Assembly: GCA_964199315.1 (NCBI GenBank)
Contig: OZ116705.1
Coordinates: forward strand, 16,120,001-16,184,000
Direction: 5' to 3'
From: Orbicella franksi
Lineage: Eukaryota
Length of the DNA stretch: 64,000 nucleotides
Below the pieces are notes generated by a model. It was given only the letters and a program-made list of their open reading frames with translations, was not told the DNA's origin and made no database searches. Both the position numbers and the translations under genes were made by a program. Of this stretch, positions 13,899 through 26,642 are shown piece after piece. The number at the start of each line of letters is the position of its first letter. Positions within the stretch are counted from its first letter, which is position 1.

Positions 13899-15382
13899 TT
13901 TTTTTTTTTTTACAATAATGCAACATCAACACTAAGTTTCAAACAAATGCCAAACAGTGCGCTACTATACTATTCTACTGTTCTATTCCTAGACGGAAAT
14001 TTAAATTGCTACATATTTTCAAATCACTTGGGTGGGGTTAAAAGTTACTCTTGTTATCATGACATCCTGCACAGGCGCAGACATTATTCAGCCCCGTCCA
14101 GAGCCGCTTACTCACTCGCTGTTCCGGTTGTGTCGTGAAGGCAAAATCGTCTTTAGTCAAAACGGTGGAACTTTGTAGTCATAGTTTCATACCTCTTACG
14201 GGTGCTAAGAGAATGTGTTGTAGTGTTGTCAGTACACATTTTCTGTTGCCTTTTTGGTCTCAGGTAGAAGCTCTCGAGCCAACAGAAAAGGCCAGTGGAG
14301 AGGTAGAAAACTACGCTATTCTTAAATTTTATAACTGTGTTATTCAGTCCGAGAAGTGACAAGGAGTGATTTACTAAAGCTGTAACTTATCTTAATCCAA
14401 GTAAGCATGTCAACTGAAGTGTTGATGATGTCAGGTGTAGTAACGTTGACCTATTAAATAAACATTGGGCCTACATAATCAACAAAATGGGACATGTAGT
14501 AGCACTCCAAATATACAATGTTGTTGATTACCAAAAAAAAAAAAAAAAAGAGAGAAAGAAAGAAAAAAGAAACAGGAGAAAAACAACAACAACAACAACA
14601 ACAGGTAGATTTAAATAAGGCTGAAGGCGGGAGGCGATTGACATTCCAGGCTACTGTATGACCCAAACTCGACGATATTGTACTCCAGTTCAAAAATACG
14701 ATAGTAAATGTGGATTTAGGAGAGTGCCAAACACATAATGTATCTATTCAGTTAAGTTTTCTCTCAATGATAAAAAGCTTTAGCAGTTTCACACATGGCG
14801 ATGGACGCGTCCTCGACACAGTCTCATTCTAGAGACATTTAATGCGTACCAGTACAGAATTTATAAGTTAGATTTCTGCTCCTACAATTTCCCCATCTTT
14901 CGATTTTCGCTATATGGTAAAGCTTAACGGGAGGTTGATGTGTATCGTTTTATATGTCCAAACATAGTTCAGATCACTATGTCCTTTTTTGTCACGATCC
15001 CTTGTCACACCTCGCCATCGATGTGTCATCATGCATGAAGTTGTAAAAGATGTCACTATCAACAGAATGTGCCGCAGCATTACTATCTTTTAGATACCCT
15101 AGTACAATAGTAAATGTGGATTTACGAGAGCGCCAAACACATAATGTATCTATTTAGTTAAGCTTGCTCTCAAATAATAACGTGAGATGTTTTAACTAAG
15201 CGATGTCTCTCTTTCTAAGCTCGAGACGAAAACTTTCGAGCAAACTTTGCTCAGTATGGACTTGGCAGTTATTTTGTGGACGTGCTAGTTGCAGACGCTG
15301 GAAGACTGGGTCTCAGAGAGGCGCCGTTATTCGATGCCATTATAACAGACCGTAAGTTACAATTATCGATACATTGTATTAT

Positions 15383-15427
<45 letters not shown>

Positions 15428-18400
15428 ATTAATTAATTAATTAATTAAAAAAGTAGTAATAAAAAAAAAGGGATCGCCGTGCTCTTTTTCGAGATAAGGT
15501 GCATTGAAGACCATGTGTTTGTAGAAGTTCTCGTTATTTTAAGACGATCTAATCTTACAACTTTCCGCAATAACAGAAGCTATATTTGTGAAATTTAGAT
15601 CAGTTCAACGTAATCAATTCGACACTACTCAGTCCATTAAGAAAATTGTTGCAGCTGATGTCATTCCTTGATGTAGAATAGGCCTTGAAAAAGAAGGTGA
15701 AGTTAACGCAACCGCTGCCATTCTTCCTTTTATTTCTTTCTTAGCGCGCGCTTGATGTACCAGGTGGCGTGACGTTGCCGCATAAATAGGGAGCAGCGCG
15801 CGCTAAGTAATAAAATGAACAATGATAAGGCAGATGGCCATTGCTATAGCTTTGCCTGGGTTTGACGATCTTGGATGTTCGGTGACCGCTACTTTTCTTT
15901 CCAGAAACAGATGTTATTTACAATTATCTCCACCTTGTCCAGAAATGAACAAAAAATCAATGNNNNNNNNNNNNNNNNNNNNNNNNNNNNNNNNNNNNNN
16001 NNNNNNNNNNNNNNNNNNNNNNNNNNNNNNNNNNNNNNNNNNNNNNNNNNNNNNNNNNNNNNNNNNNNNNNNNNNNNNNNNNNNNNNNNNNNNTGAGACG
16101 TCGAATTCTGCCATCTTGCGGCTGCAAGGCGCGTGAAACTATTGTCGCTAAATGCGAACTTGTTTTTTAAGGAACCTCACCAGTTGACTAAATTCACTTA
16201 ATAGCTCCACGTAAACAATATTTGGCGGAGAACATTTCACTTCAAAGATCTAATTGCAATATTTTTTGGGCTTACAGACACTGTGGCCTTATTCGCTAAC
16301 GAAGCCCGATTTTTTTCAGATTTAGGGTGTTCTTCCGAGCATGTTCTCCCCAAAACGAAGTCGGTGACCCCCCATTTTTTTTACATTTCTGACATAATTA
16401 ACTCATCATCTTACAGTGGTAAAAGTCTCAGAAAAAAATCACTGATGGAAAATTCTCGCACGAACGTCCTTAAGAAAACCACGACGGCAACGACGGCAAC
16501 GGGGAACGTCGCTAAACAAAAGGTTTAATGAGGAGAACTATGGCTGTGCACGTGCGTTATAATTCTTGGTACATTTCTTTGCCGTCCTCTTCAAAACAAG
16601 AAGGTGAAATGACCAGATTCTGTGTTGTCTGGAGAACGTGAACCACGACGGCTATTTTTTTTCAATTTTTGTTTCGAATTTATCGATCTGTCCTAGATTA
16701 AGTTTCGTGATAGCTTTGACAGTGATAAACAAAGCAAATGACTCTAGGGAACGGCGAGATTCGTAGGTAAAATGTAAAATCATTTTTTAATCGACGTCTT
16801 CCTCGGCGTCGCTGTCGTGGTTTCTTAAGCTTCCTAATTAATTACGTGTACAGGATGCGCAGGAACGATCGGCGCGAACGTCCTTGAACAAGAACTTTGT
16901 CTTTCATACTATTTTAAGCTTATTATAGGAACTATAAAAATAAATGTTTGTGGGATTAGAAATGATAGGAGTCAAGATGCAGGTGACCTTATTTTCTAAT
17001 TCCACTTGTCGTAGTTTGATAACCTGCGCTGATTAATTATTTTATTTAATTTGAAATCCGAGGACGGCTAAAATGGGACCAGGCTACTGGCTTAGTCTAA
17101 TTTGGCAGTCAGGGGATTTTAATTTCATCTAATTATTATTATTATTATCCGATTATTTCCAGACTGGACTAGGATGTCGTCGTGTTGCCTGTTGATTACG
17201 TGTATATACTGCGCATGATAACTTATTAATTTCAAGTTACTCTAGTCATATCCAATATTCACAAACTGTTGCGAGTCGAAAAACGATTTGTACAATTTGA
17301 CAAACCGTAAAAGACATTGTATACAGTCCGTATGTTTTCGGATAATTGCAACTCATTAAGTGGACTTAAGGGCACTTAGAATACAAATCACATCTCACTT
17401 GAGCAAGAGGTGAAACGGTTTAATGCGGTCTGGAAATTCCATCTCATTGACTGGAGGCCACTTGACCACACAAGCAACGCAATACACATATACCTCGTTC
17501 TTTAAGCCTGAACGACGAAGTGGCGTGTTTCACGCCAAGGGAAAAAACAACCGGAAGTCATGTCCTTCCCTTGCGTACCAATTGAAGAGGATACTTGATA
17601 GCAACTTAAGTTTTAAAACATCCTCTGACCTTTAAATTGGTTTGGCCCTCCGACTTTGTCCAATTTGGCAAACATACCCCACTAATATTCTATGTGCTTT
17701 TCGGAAAACATACTCGGTAGCAGGGCCGGGCAGCCTTCTTATTTTCCATGTTTTAATATTGTTTTATTAATTGCTGTAGCTCCTTATGGAATTCGAGAAG
17801 GTGCTCGGAAGCTAGATACCTGCGTCGATGGGTAAGATACATTCTATAACTTGTAATTATTAAGTTATATAATCACATGTATCACTTAAAATTACCTACT
17901 TAAGATTATGCAACCATATAAAATTATATAACTTATAATTATTAAGTTATATAATTAACTTGCAATTATATAACTTATAATTATTAATACGCCCAGTGAG
18001 AAGGCGCCCTAAAATCTCTACTTCTCCCTACTAGCATGAGCTGTGACCCAATGATCGCGCGGGTGAAGTTAATGTCCATTTTGATAATCGAAATAAATGA
18101 GTGATTTACCTTTCTTTTTCTCGATGTTTTCTAAAAGAAACAGAAAATAATTTCTCCGTGTTTCTATCGAGTTTACTGTAAATCTACTAGCGTTCTATCA
18201 CGAATGCTGTTCTCTGATTGGCTACGCTACTCACTATCTATTCTGGGATGGATAGTGAGTAGCGTAGCAGTGTGCCCTTGTTAACGAAATGACGGCCGCT
18301 TCTTGGCGTTTTCGAAGTGTCTGTGAAGAGGATTTCGATAAAGTTTCGAACGACTACGTGTAGTAGATTTATATTAAAAGAATTACTATAGATTATTCGC

Positions 18401-19977
18401 TCTCGATTTCTATGCGTGAAAGTTGACGAGGGCGCGCGATAGAAATCTCGAGTTCATAATCCAATTGTTTAATAGACGCACTCGTGAAAGCCAAGGAGAC
18501 GTCGAAAAAACCGTGGAAACACTCGCCTGCGGTTCATGTTCCCACAGCATTTTTCGTTCTCCCGATGGTATTCCTATGTTTTCTAAGAGACTAATGCACT
18601 TTTGATGTCTAGGAAAAGTACTGACCGCTCTTGCGTTCGCTAGCAGCTTATCTACATTATAATATAGCATGAAAACGGGGGAATGTTTAGATCTGAGGAG
18701 GGGCGGTAATTACGCTGATAATAATATACATGGAAAAAAAAATACTCGATTCTGATTGGCTGAGAGCAGTGCAGTTTAAGTGTAACACTAGTGCAAAAAG
18801 TGTAACACCAATGCAGAAAGTGTAACACAAGTGCAAATTACACATCGTAATGCTGGATTATGATTGGCTGAAAGAGAATAGAAAATTTTCTAAGCCAATG
18901 ATATCACGTAAAATGATGACGAAAATTTTGTGCGGAAACTTTGAAAAAAGTTTTCTCGAATGAGAAAAAATGGCTTCAAGAACGATCTTCCGGCACTTCC
19001 TCCACGCGAATTTTTTCGTGTTTATATTATTAATAAGTAATCATACGGTTTTTCTCGTTCAATTTGGAATCAATTTTCACTTGTGAGTTTTTCAAACAGC
19101 TGAAATTGCACTCCACGGAACGGCTCATGCAATTTCAGCTTTTTGAAAAACTCACTCGTGCAAATTAATTCCAAATTGAAATTGAAACCGTATGATTACC
19201 TATACAAACACAATAACCGGAACATACGTGCTCTATAGCAAGTAAATGACGGACGTTCAGCTCCAGTATGCTGCAGCTACATTAAAAATCCGTGTGTAAA
19301 GAATCTAGTGGTAACTAGTTTCTGGACCTGTTGGCAGAAATTTTCCATTTTAATAGCCAATAATATAAGAACCTGTTTAGTCAAGTAAGATCACGCAGGT
19401 TCTTATAATTATGTGTGATAAATTATGCATGAACTCTTGTTACAGTTAGGCTTATCATAATACAGTTGTGAATAAATACGCTATATTTAAGGACCAAACC
19501 CAAGTTTATTGATTTTGTGGTAATTAACAACTATATCTCCTTCGTAGAAATTAAGAACCTACACTGTAATTAAGAACCTACTTAGCGTAAATTGCCAATA
19601 ACTACCTCAAAATGCAAGGGCATATTTTGCCAGACTTCAAAAAATCTAGGTTCGTACACGTTGGTTTTTGCTGTATGTGCTAAAACTCGATACAAACACG
19701 GCGAGTGTTTCTATTTCGCAAATTGAGTAACTAGATCAGTTGTTTGATTCCTGCTGTGAACTTATTTTTCGACATGACATCTTTTTCTTGCGTTCTAGGG
19801 ATCAGACGCCATCATGTTCAGCTGTGCGAGGCTGCCTCTTGTCAGAAATACTCACAACATTGCTCGACCTGGCAGCGCGATATCTTGTTGTTCACGGACG
19901 ACTGGTATATTGGCTTCCAATTTATCGACCGAGGTGACTATTGTTATGTTGTTTGAAATGCCTCTGTTCAAAAAAAA

Positions 19978-20010
<33 letters not shown>

Positions 20011-21272
20011 TTCAAATGTTGTTGTTTATAGTGGTCAATGCGCTTAGCTACACCTAGCTAGTTCACAGGCATGCCACTTTAAATGAAGGAAACAAATATA
20101 TCAACTAAACGTGATAGACTTAAAAAGCCCAACCGGCGGGAGGCAGACCAGTTGGCTATTTACAAGCATGACCGAGGAGTTGAACTGGGGTCTACCGAGA
20201 AACAACTCCAGCTAAGTGGTCAGAGCGGGACTTGAACCCGCGACCTCCGCATTTCAAGTCCGGCGCCCTAACCACTCGGCCACGCTGCCTCCTAGAGTGG
20301 CTGCCTCTGTGTTTTAACTAATGAGAACTTGGGGTACCAAAAATATCTGCCAGTCAGGTACAAGAAAGAAATTGCTTGCAACCGTATTCGGGTTCCGTTT
20401 TTCCTCATTTGACACCGAAAGTCAAACAGAGTTTCTGCCTGACTCCGGTTTTGTACTATGATACTAGCTCTCCTTGGTTTATTACACCTTTTGCTGCCGT
20501 AGTGAATGAGTCTGAATGATTCGCAACAGCCTTTGTAAAAGTCTGGGGTAACTTCCGAACTTGCTTCTGGAAGATAAACCTTGCGGGGACTGTACGACTT
20601 TTCAAGCATAGCCTCTTGACGATTTCTCGAGAGTTCCCCATTAGCAATCATTTTTTTTTTTTTCCTTTGGTTTAATTATCTTTTGTAGCTATGAAGAAGA
20701 ATTCATTCCAAGTCATCCATGTCTGAGACTTGTGGCGAACAGTGAGCAGTGCTTGTCAAGAAACGTTTCGCGACGGCTGATAACCATGGAAAAAGTCAAA
20801 GAACACACGGTAAGGTAACAGAGAGTCAAGTGTACTGAAGTTGTTTCCGGGAGAGAAATACACGTACATTGGAATCGGTACGGGAGTTGTGGCAGCAATC
20901 TTGTGCTTGGTAGTTTCGAAGGCATACTCCATATTTGGGTACATAAAGTTTCATCTACATTGTCAAGTCATTCCACGCACATTGAAAATAGAATGGAAAC
21001 CAGATGTAAATAATGTATCCAAATGTTAATTGTTTGACCATGCCAACACAGGCACGTCTATAATCATTGCTTGTACTTGCTAAATACTGAGTCATCAATA
21101 TATTCTCTCTATACGCACGTCAGGCTAAATCCCAAAGTTTATGTGAACGCATGTAACAATGAAGATCGCCCTGTTGCAGATAAGAGGACCAAACCTGTCC
21201 GTGGTACACCAAAAGTTCCTTGACTCTTGCGACAACTTCAGGGATAATTACTTCAGCCAGCAGAGCTCGTGA
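7588..21272 (+). CDS. TRMT11: tRNA (guanine-10-N2)-methyltransferase TRMT11/Trm11 homolog, 15 exons, 447 aa
   Basis: join(7588-7668,9258-9326,9726-9799,10830-10911,11805-11897,12623-12757,13163-13276,13481-13523,13655-13735,14264-14302,15220-15351,17780-17831,19799-19933,20689-20809,21180-21272). All introns are GT-AG with compatible phases, total 1344 nt. Motifs FAQEHVDFRI, FIGNTSMDPQLS, FDPFVGTG (SAM motif I), GSDID, FDAIITDPPYGIRE, GRLVYWLP, SRRLITMEK. The last exon is the least certain. Confidence 0.93.
8148..8372. mobile_element. MITE in TRMT11 intron 1 (a partial copy of the same family lies at ~29892-30060)
   Basis: Ends ag(g)ggtggtgaatggt...accattcaccacctct. Close similarity to ggggtggcgaatggtccttcaaaaac at ~29894. 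Confidence 0.7.
11139..11563. mobile_element. Tc1/mariner-type MITE in TRMT11 intron 4
   Basis: (t/c)agttgaacctgtatt...aatacaggttcaactg TIRs. TA on the left flank. Same style as the 1722-2163 element. Confidence 0.75.
12019..12457. mobile_element. PIF/Harbinger-like MITE in TRMT11 intron 5
   Basis: TIR gcctggttttcactag / ctagtgaaaaccaggc, flanked by TAA and TAT. Internal GCATAA/TGCTTG repeats. Confidence 0.75.
13835..13897. repeat. (AT)n microsatellite
   Basis: Direct reading of the sequence. Confidence 0.95.
14701..15179. repeat. ~72-bp direct repeat pair (14701-14772 and 15107-15179) in TRMT11 intron 10
   Basis: atagtaaatgtggattta(g/c)gagag(t/c)gccaaacacataatgtatctatt... occurs twice, 406 bp apart. 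Confidence 0.8.
15963..16093. other. Assembly gap (131 N)
   Basis: N run inside repeat DNA in TRMT11 intron 11. Exon phases on both sides join without needing an exon here. Confidence 0.98.
16469..16838. mobile_element. MITE abutting a TTAA-terminated element
   Basis: ttaagaaaaccacgacggcaacg is inversely repeated as cgtcgctgtcgtggtttcttaa near 16807-16828. It is preceded by the end ...cgcacgaacgtcc|ttaa of another element. Confidence 0.65.
20100..20292 (-). mobile_element. tRNA-derived SINE in TRMT11 intron 13
   Basis: Minus strand begins GGAGGCAGCGTGGCCGAGTGGTTAGGGCGCCGGACTTGAAATGCGGAGGTCGCGGGTTCAAGTCCC, with pol III A and B boxes. A non-tRNA body and T-rich tail follow. Confidence 0.85.
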
Positions 21273-22982
21273 TCAGCGAGTGGGAGAGGCGAAAGAGAAT
21301 ATGGCATGGCACGTGTGCCACGTGTGATATGGTAGCATGTCTTCCGCGTCTCTTGAGATCGTCCACACTTAAGTTCAAAGAACTGCTAAGGTGTGTAGTT
21401 CCGGCTGGTTTCATTTTGACTGTCTACAAATTACAACATGGAGTAGATGGTAACAGATCGGCTAGACCGAGAGAGTCTCTGCTAGCTGGATTTCTTGAGT
21501 TGCAGTGAATGTAGTACGTTTGACACTGCACAGACAAATCATGGTTGTAAAGCATCGTGTTAAGAGCGATCGCTTGAATCAATGTTTGTACGAAACCTCT
21601 GAAAACATAGAAGAAGCTATGAACTAAAACTTTGCGTCAAAAGCTACAGACGACTGTTTGATTTCTTACTCTGTCAAACAACGCTCATTTACCGTCAGAG
21701 CCCGTCAGAAAACGGCTCAATAGGAATTATATGGGAATTCTAATCGTTATGTGGGATTTAAAAAGAAAAATAAGAAAAAATAAGGAAACGAAACACATTC
21801 AGGAATGAGGTTTCATAAACCCGAGAAAAGTCGGTGTACATGTTGATGAAATTTTTGGTGTTGTTACTGTCACTTTGTTTGCATTTTGTTCATCCTATTG
21901 CTTGCTTAGTTTGTTTGTAATAGTTGTTACTTTTTGTATGTATGTCTGTTTGTTTGTTGTTGTCGTCGTCGTCGTTGTTGTTGTTGTTGTTGTTGTTGTT
22001 GTTGCTGTTGTCTGCACATTGCAAAGAACATCTAAAGCGCTCCTATAATTTGGAAGTGGATGTTCATCGTCGTTGATATTCGATGCTTTTTTCCCTTCCT
22101 TTTCATTGGCCGAAAGATCACCATGTGACCTGCAAATAAGTGCTAACAAAGAATAGTCTGCTCATGCGCATTACCGTCTGACAATGATTTTGCTTCAAAT
22201 TATATTCTTCTCAGGTGTGGTCGTGTCCACTTCTGTAGGAAAAAAAACAGAAACAAAAACAACAACAACAACAACAAAACAAAAATAAGCAAAACAAAAG
22301 CAAATAGCAGGCTGTTCTTTTGAGCAGCGGAGAACGATTTCTAAATTTCTTCCAGACTTAAAACAGATTTGTTGATCGAAGGATAAAGCAATTATAAAAC
22401 TCACTTATGGCAAAGTATCGTGATTTGTCAGGGTCTCGCAGATAAATAATTGATCTGCGCGATGTCTTGCTCAATCTCGTTCAATAACTTATGCGCGTGA
22501 ACCCTTCACAAATTCAACATCCAGAGCTTCTTTATTGGTCCTCTAAATTGTTTATTAATTAATGGAAACTGTAAGATAAGCCAAAACGGACTGCTGAACC
22601 GCAGTTTCAGTTACGATAGGAATTAACGCGACCTTACACCGCTCATCACTACTATTGACGCGAAACACAAAATGCCCGCTGAGTCACTGTCAACTCGATG
22701 CACAAACGACAATAAGTGTAGTGAATGGTAAATACGAGACTTTGCGAGAAGGCAAGGCTAGCGGTTTTCTTTGCAAGACCGAGTATTTTGACTTTCTAAC
22801 GTCCCGTGGAGTTAAGCGGGAAACAAGTGAATATGTCGGCGGTTTCTAAAGTCAGTCTTTATTTGTAGCTGCCTTCTTCGCCTATCGTCAAGTATACGTC
22901 ACTAGAAACCATGATGTTTAAAATAGAACTTCTACCTTTACTCTCCAGTGCATATTTCTGCATGTGATCACAATTCTGCGTA

Positions 22983-23585
22983 CAGTCGAACCTCTATTAA
23001 GCGGTCACCCCTTATTAAGCGGCCAGTTATAAAATTGTTGGCGGAAAAATGCTCTACTGAAATAAAACCCCTTCTAGCCGGCCAACTCTAGTAAGCCGCC
23101 GCGGCCACTCAGTTTTTGGTCGTTCCCATGAGGGAGTTCTCTATTGTCCTTACCCCTTTTAAGCGGCCACCCAAAATTTAATACAAGTAGTTTGGCTTTT
23201 GATGACAGAAAAGAGACCAAACTTGAATTTGACGACTGATGAAAGCATTCTAACACAGGTTTTTACTGATTGCCTCTTGACGTGAGTCTATCTATGTTCA
23301 CGAAGCAAATACAATATACACCCGATGGTAAAAAAAAAAAAAAAAAAGTTGTGGTGTTCAGTTTAAAGGAGAATGTATTTTCGTGCCAAGAGAATCAAGA
23401 AGGTCGTGATAGGCTTTAGTATGTGCAAGAGTAGTAACAAGCATTGTTAGTATTTGAATAAACTGACGCTTTTCCTAAGCAAAGCCTCACGCTAATTCCT
23501 GACGAACCGCATATTAAGCGCCAATCTCTATTAAGCGGCCGCCTCCCATTTCCCGGAAGGTGGCCTCTTAATAGGGGTTCGGTTG
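22983..23585. mobile_element. Tc1/mariner-type MITE
   Basis: TA|cagtcgaacctctattaag ... cttaataggggttcggttg|TA. Internal TAAGCGGCC repeats. Confidence 0.8.
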
Positions 23586-23604
23586 TACTTGACAATAACA
23601 TGAA

Positions 23605-23890
23605 ACAGATAGACTACAAAAAAAAAATTATCTCAGTTTAGAGGGAATTAATGCAGGACTTGGTTGAAGCCGAACTCGCAAATTTCTCTCGTGACCCTAA
23701 CTCAACGATATCGTACCGGATACTTAATCGCCCCTTAAAACCTAGATTGTTCCGGAAAGGTACCCATACGTGATCTCTAAAGTGCAACCCAATATCAATT
23801 ATACTGATGTGGCACAAAAACAAAATAGCAAAAAGACCTTAACATATTTCAAAAAAAAAAGAAGAAGAAGAAGAAGAGGTCGGATACATA
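23605..23890 (+). repeat. Left member of an inverted repeat pair flanking the Pro-rich peptide gene
   Basis: 23651-23706 is the exact reverse complement of 29228-29283. Patchy similarity extends over ~290 bp. Confidence 0.8.
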
Positions 23891-24469
23891 TGGACCACGT
23901 TTTTTACTTGCATCACGCACACAATATTTCGTGTTTAAAATAGTTGTGTCATTTTGAACAAAATATGTTGTTCCTCGTCAAAGTAAACCCAGAGTTCTCG
24001 AGCTACATATGAGAGATGAAAGTGGTAAAGTCTAGGGACATACAAAGAGTTTATATGTCAGAATTCATCTGGGACCATCATATAGGCATTTTTGAAACAA
24101 TTGTTGTAGTCGTTGGCAAAACCGTATCTGTTCTTTTGTCCAAAGAGAAATGACAGAAATTTCATTTTTTTCACGGGACTTTTTCCCTGTTAAGAATTTT
24201 CACGAGCTGACCCATCCTCCAAATTTACAAACACTAAACACACTTGGGTGATAAGGGTCCAAGACCATATCGATCATATCTACACGTCTACACCTTGATG
24301 TGGTGGGTACGAGAAAAGGGATGATCACACACAATTTAACCAGCAAACAAGAGAATTTAACCCCTTTCTGGCCTAGGAATAGCTAATCACGGCCAGTGGC
24401 GATGGGTTTCCCATCCAGCAAGTAATAGGCAGGGGCCGGACAGATATTTCAAGAAACCATTGAAAATAA

Positions 24470-25336
24470 GTAAGACTATAGGAATTCTAGCCAGACTAAG
24501 ACACTGAAACTCTTTTAATGATTTATCGCTCGCTTATTCTGCCATATTTATCCTACGGGATTTATGTATGGGGTCGCGCAGCCAAGTCGTACATTGGCAA
24601 ACTACTTGTCCTCCAAAAACGAGCTCTTCGACTGATTTATTTTACGCCCAATGATGCTCATGCTATTCCTCTTTTCATTCAATCAAAGATTTTACCTGTA
24701 AATATGATCTATTTTGACACGATCGTGAATCTCATGCATGATATTTGGGAAAAAACTAGCCCCTTCGCCTATCGATCAGAGCTCTTTTCACTAGGTCAAA
24801 TGAAATTCATGGGTACAACATAAGGCATGGCGCAAAAGGAAATTATCTTCGGAAGGAAGTTAAGGCGGAAATTTTCAAACGCTCTTTTTCGAGAACTGGA
24901 GCAATATTATGGACTCAAATTTCTCCAGACTAGAGAGATTTATCTAAACAAATCTTTACGAAAAAAATCGTCGATTTTTATTTGAGACTCTTTCAGATAG
25001 GGATGACTATGTTGAAGTCGACACCCTGACTCAGATTCTTAAATTTAGTTCCTGATTAATTTCAACCCATAGTTTAGTTTTGTCTCTAGTAAACCATAGC
25101 TCCTAGTGTCAAGCAAAATATGTAAATGTACTTGTATTAAACGGTTTCGTAAATCCGTCTTGCATAACAATCGTATTTATGTATTAATGGTCTAATATAA
25201 ATATAGATGTGGCCCGCCTAAATTAGCCCAGGCTACCTGCGGGTTCGCGCTGTTGCTATTGTCAAGCTTTTTTTTAACTCAATGTGTATATATTTCTGTA
25301 AAACTGTAAATATGCGAGTCATAATAAAGATAAAAC

Positions 25337-25368
<32 letters not shown>

Positions 25369-25384
25369 GTAATAATAATAAATA
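24470..25384 (+). mobile_element. 5'-truncated LINE (CR1/L2-like) 3' fragment with probable (AAT)n tail
   Basis: Peptide IYRSLILPYLSYGIYVWG...KLLVLQKRALRLIYF...IPLFIQSKILPV is typical of the post-RT region of CR1/L2 ORF2. Frameshifted downstream. (AAT)n at ~25337-25384. Confidence 0.8.
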
Positions 25385-26364
25385 ACGTTGTTGTTGTTGT
25401 TGCTGTGTATACACTTCTATTAACATTTAAAAGAGGCTTAGTGTTCGCAGGATAACTATTATAACGTTATGAAGTTGTTACTCGAGGTTTTCGTCAAGTT
25501 AAAATAGCTACAAGAAAAAGTCCAGTGAAAGCAACTTGAAGCAAGTATTTAAAGGGGCGTTGCCTTGTCCCTGGTAACAGTGGCAGTGAACTGTAGGGAA
25601 GGCTTAGAAGAAATCATGATCCACAAATTAAGGTTGTATTTAGCACGTTCGCAAGATTGACCGGTCATAGCAGCGGAATTATGCGTGATTTTAAGATCTC
25701 CATTTTATTTCCAATTGTTTGCCACTTCCACTCATACTCTACTTAGGGTTGCAAGGGATGAGACGAGAAGTGCAGTTGAGGTTATCTCCTTCAAACAGCT
25801 TCAAATTAATAGCGACAACATTTAAATATCGTATTAGTCCGAAAAGTATATTATGAAAATGACAGGAATGCTGTTATCATGCAATCATATACGTGTCAAC
25901 CTCATTCGCAGGGTCTTCTCGACTTTCAAAATGGCTGGCGTGAGAATCTGCCGACGAGCCGACACTTTGAAATTGTCGAAGAGAAGGTTGAAGATTGCCC
26001 CCTGCATGCAGCTGGCGCGCTGGAATTTGAATTGACCAGTAGGCAGGAAAAACTGCACTGTCCAACTGTCGTTACGAAATCTGACGTCAATGTATGTTAG
26101 CAGGAAAGGAAATGAGGGGGCGAGGGGGAGGGGGGACGTTTTCTCACTGGAGACGGTATTGAATATTCACGAAAAGGGATTTATAATGCCAGAAACCATA
26201 TCAGATTGTAGAAGGTGGAAAACTGAATATGAAGCTTTAATTTGGGGCCAAAAATAGGTCACTCGCGTCAAGCAAACATTTTGTTCATCGTCCAAGTAAA
26301 CTCAGAGTTCTCGAGCTAATTCATGATAAGAAGAAGCCAGAACAACTTGAGCATTGTCTCTATT

Positions 26365-26370
26365 TTTATT
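26365..26370 (-). terminator. Candidate polyadenylation signal (AATAAA) of the Pro-rich peptide gene
   Basis: tttatt on + at 26365-26370, ~275 nt past the TAA at 26643-26645. Confidence 0.5.
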
Positions 26371-26642
26371 TGCTGCAGCGAAAAAGACTGTTATTCTGTC
26401 GTTTCGGTCGGGATAGCTCGTTTTTCACTGCTGCTCGTACTGTGACCGCAGCCACCGTATGCAAGGCCTGAGATATATAATATCATAAGAATACGAAAGC
26501 TGCATATATCACGCATCTAAACACAAAATACTCGAAGCAAGTGACGTGTTATTTTTAGAAATCCCTTAAAACACCATTACAATCGCTCTAACCATTTACT
26601 TGACAGGAAATCTTAAAACCGGTCGACTGAGCTGGATCAGTG

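Noticed and set aside
15963-16093. Missing TRMT11 exon hidden in the gap
   Set aside because: Flanking exons join in phase to give the conserved DAIITDPPYG motif, and both gap edges are repeat DNA.
20215-20292. tRNA-Ser(UGA)-like gene
   Set aside because: The acceptor stem does not pair properly, the anticodon stem has a mismatch, and it continues into a SINE body and tail.
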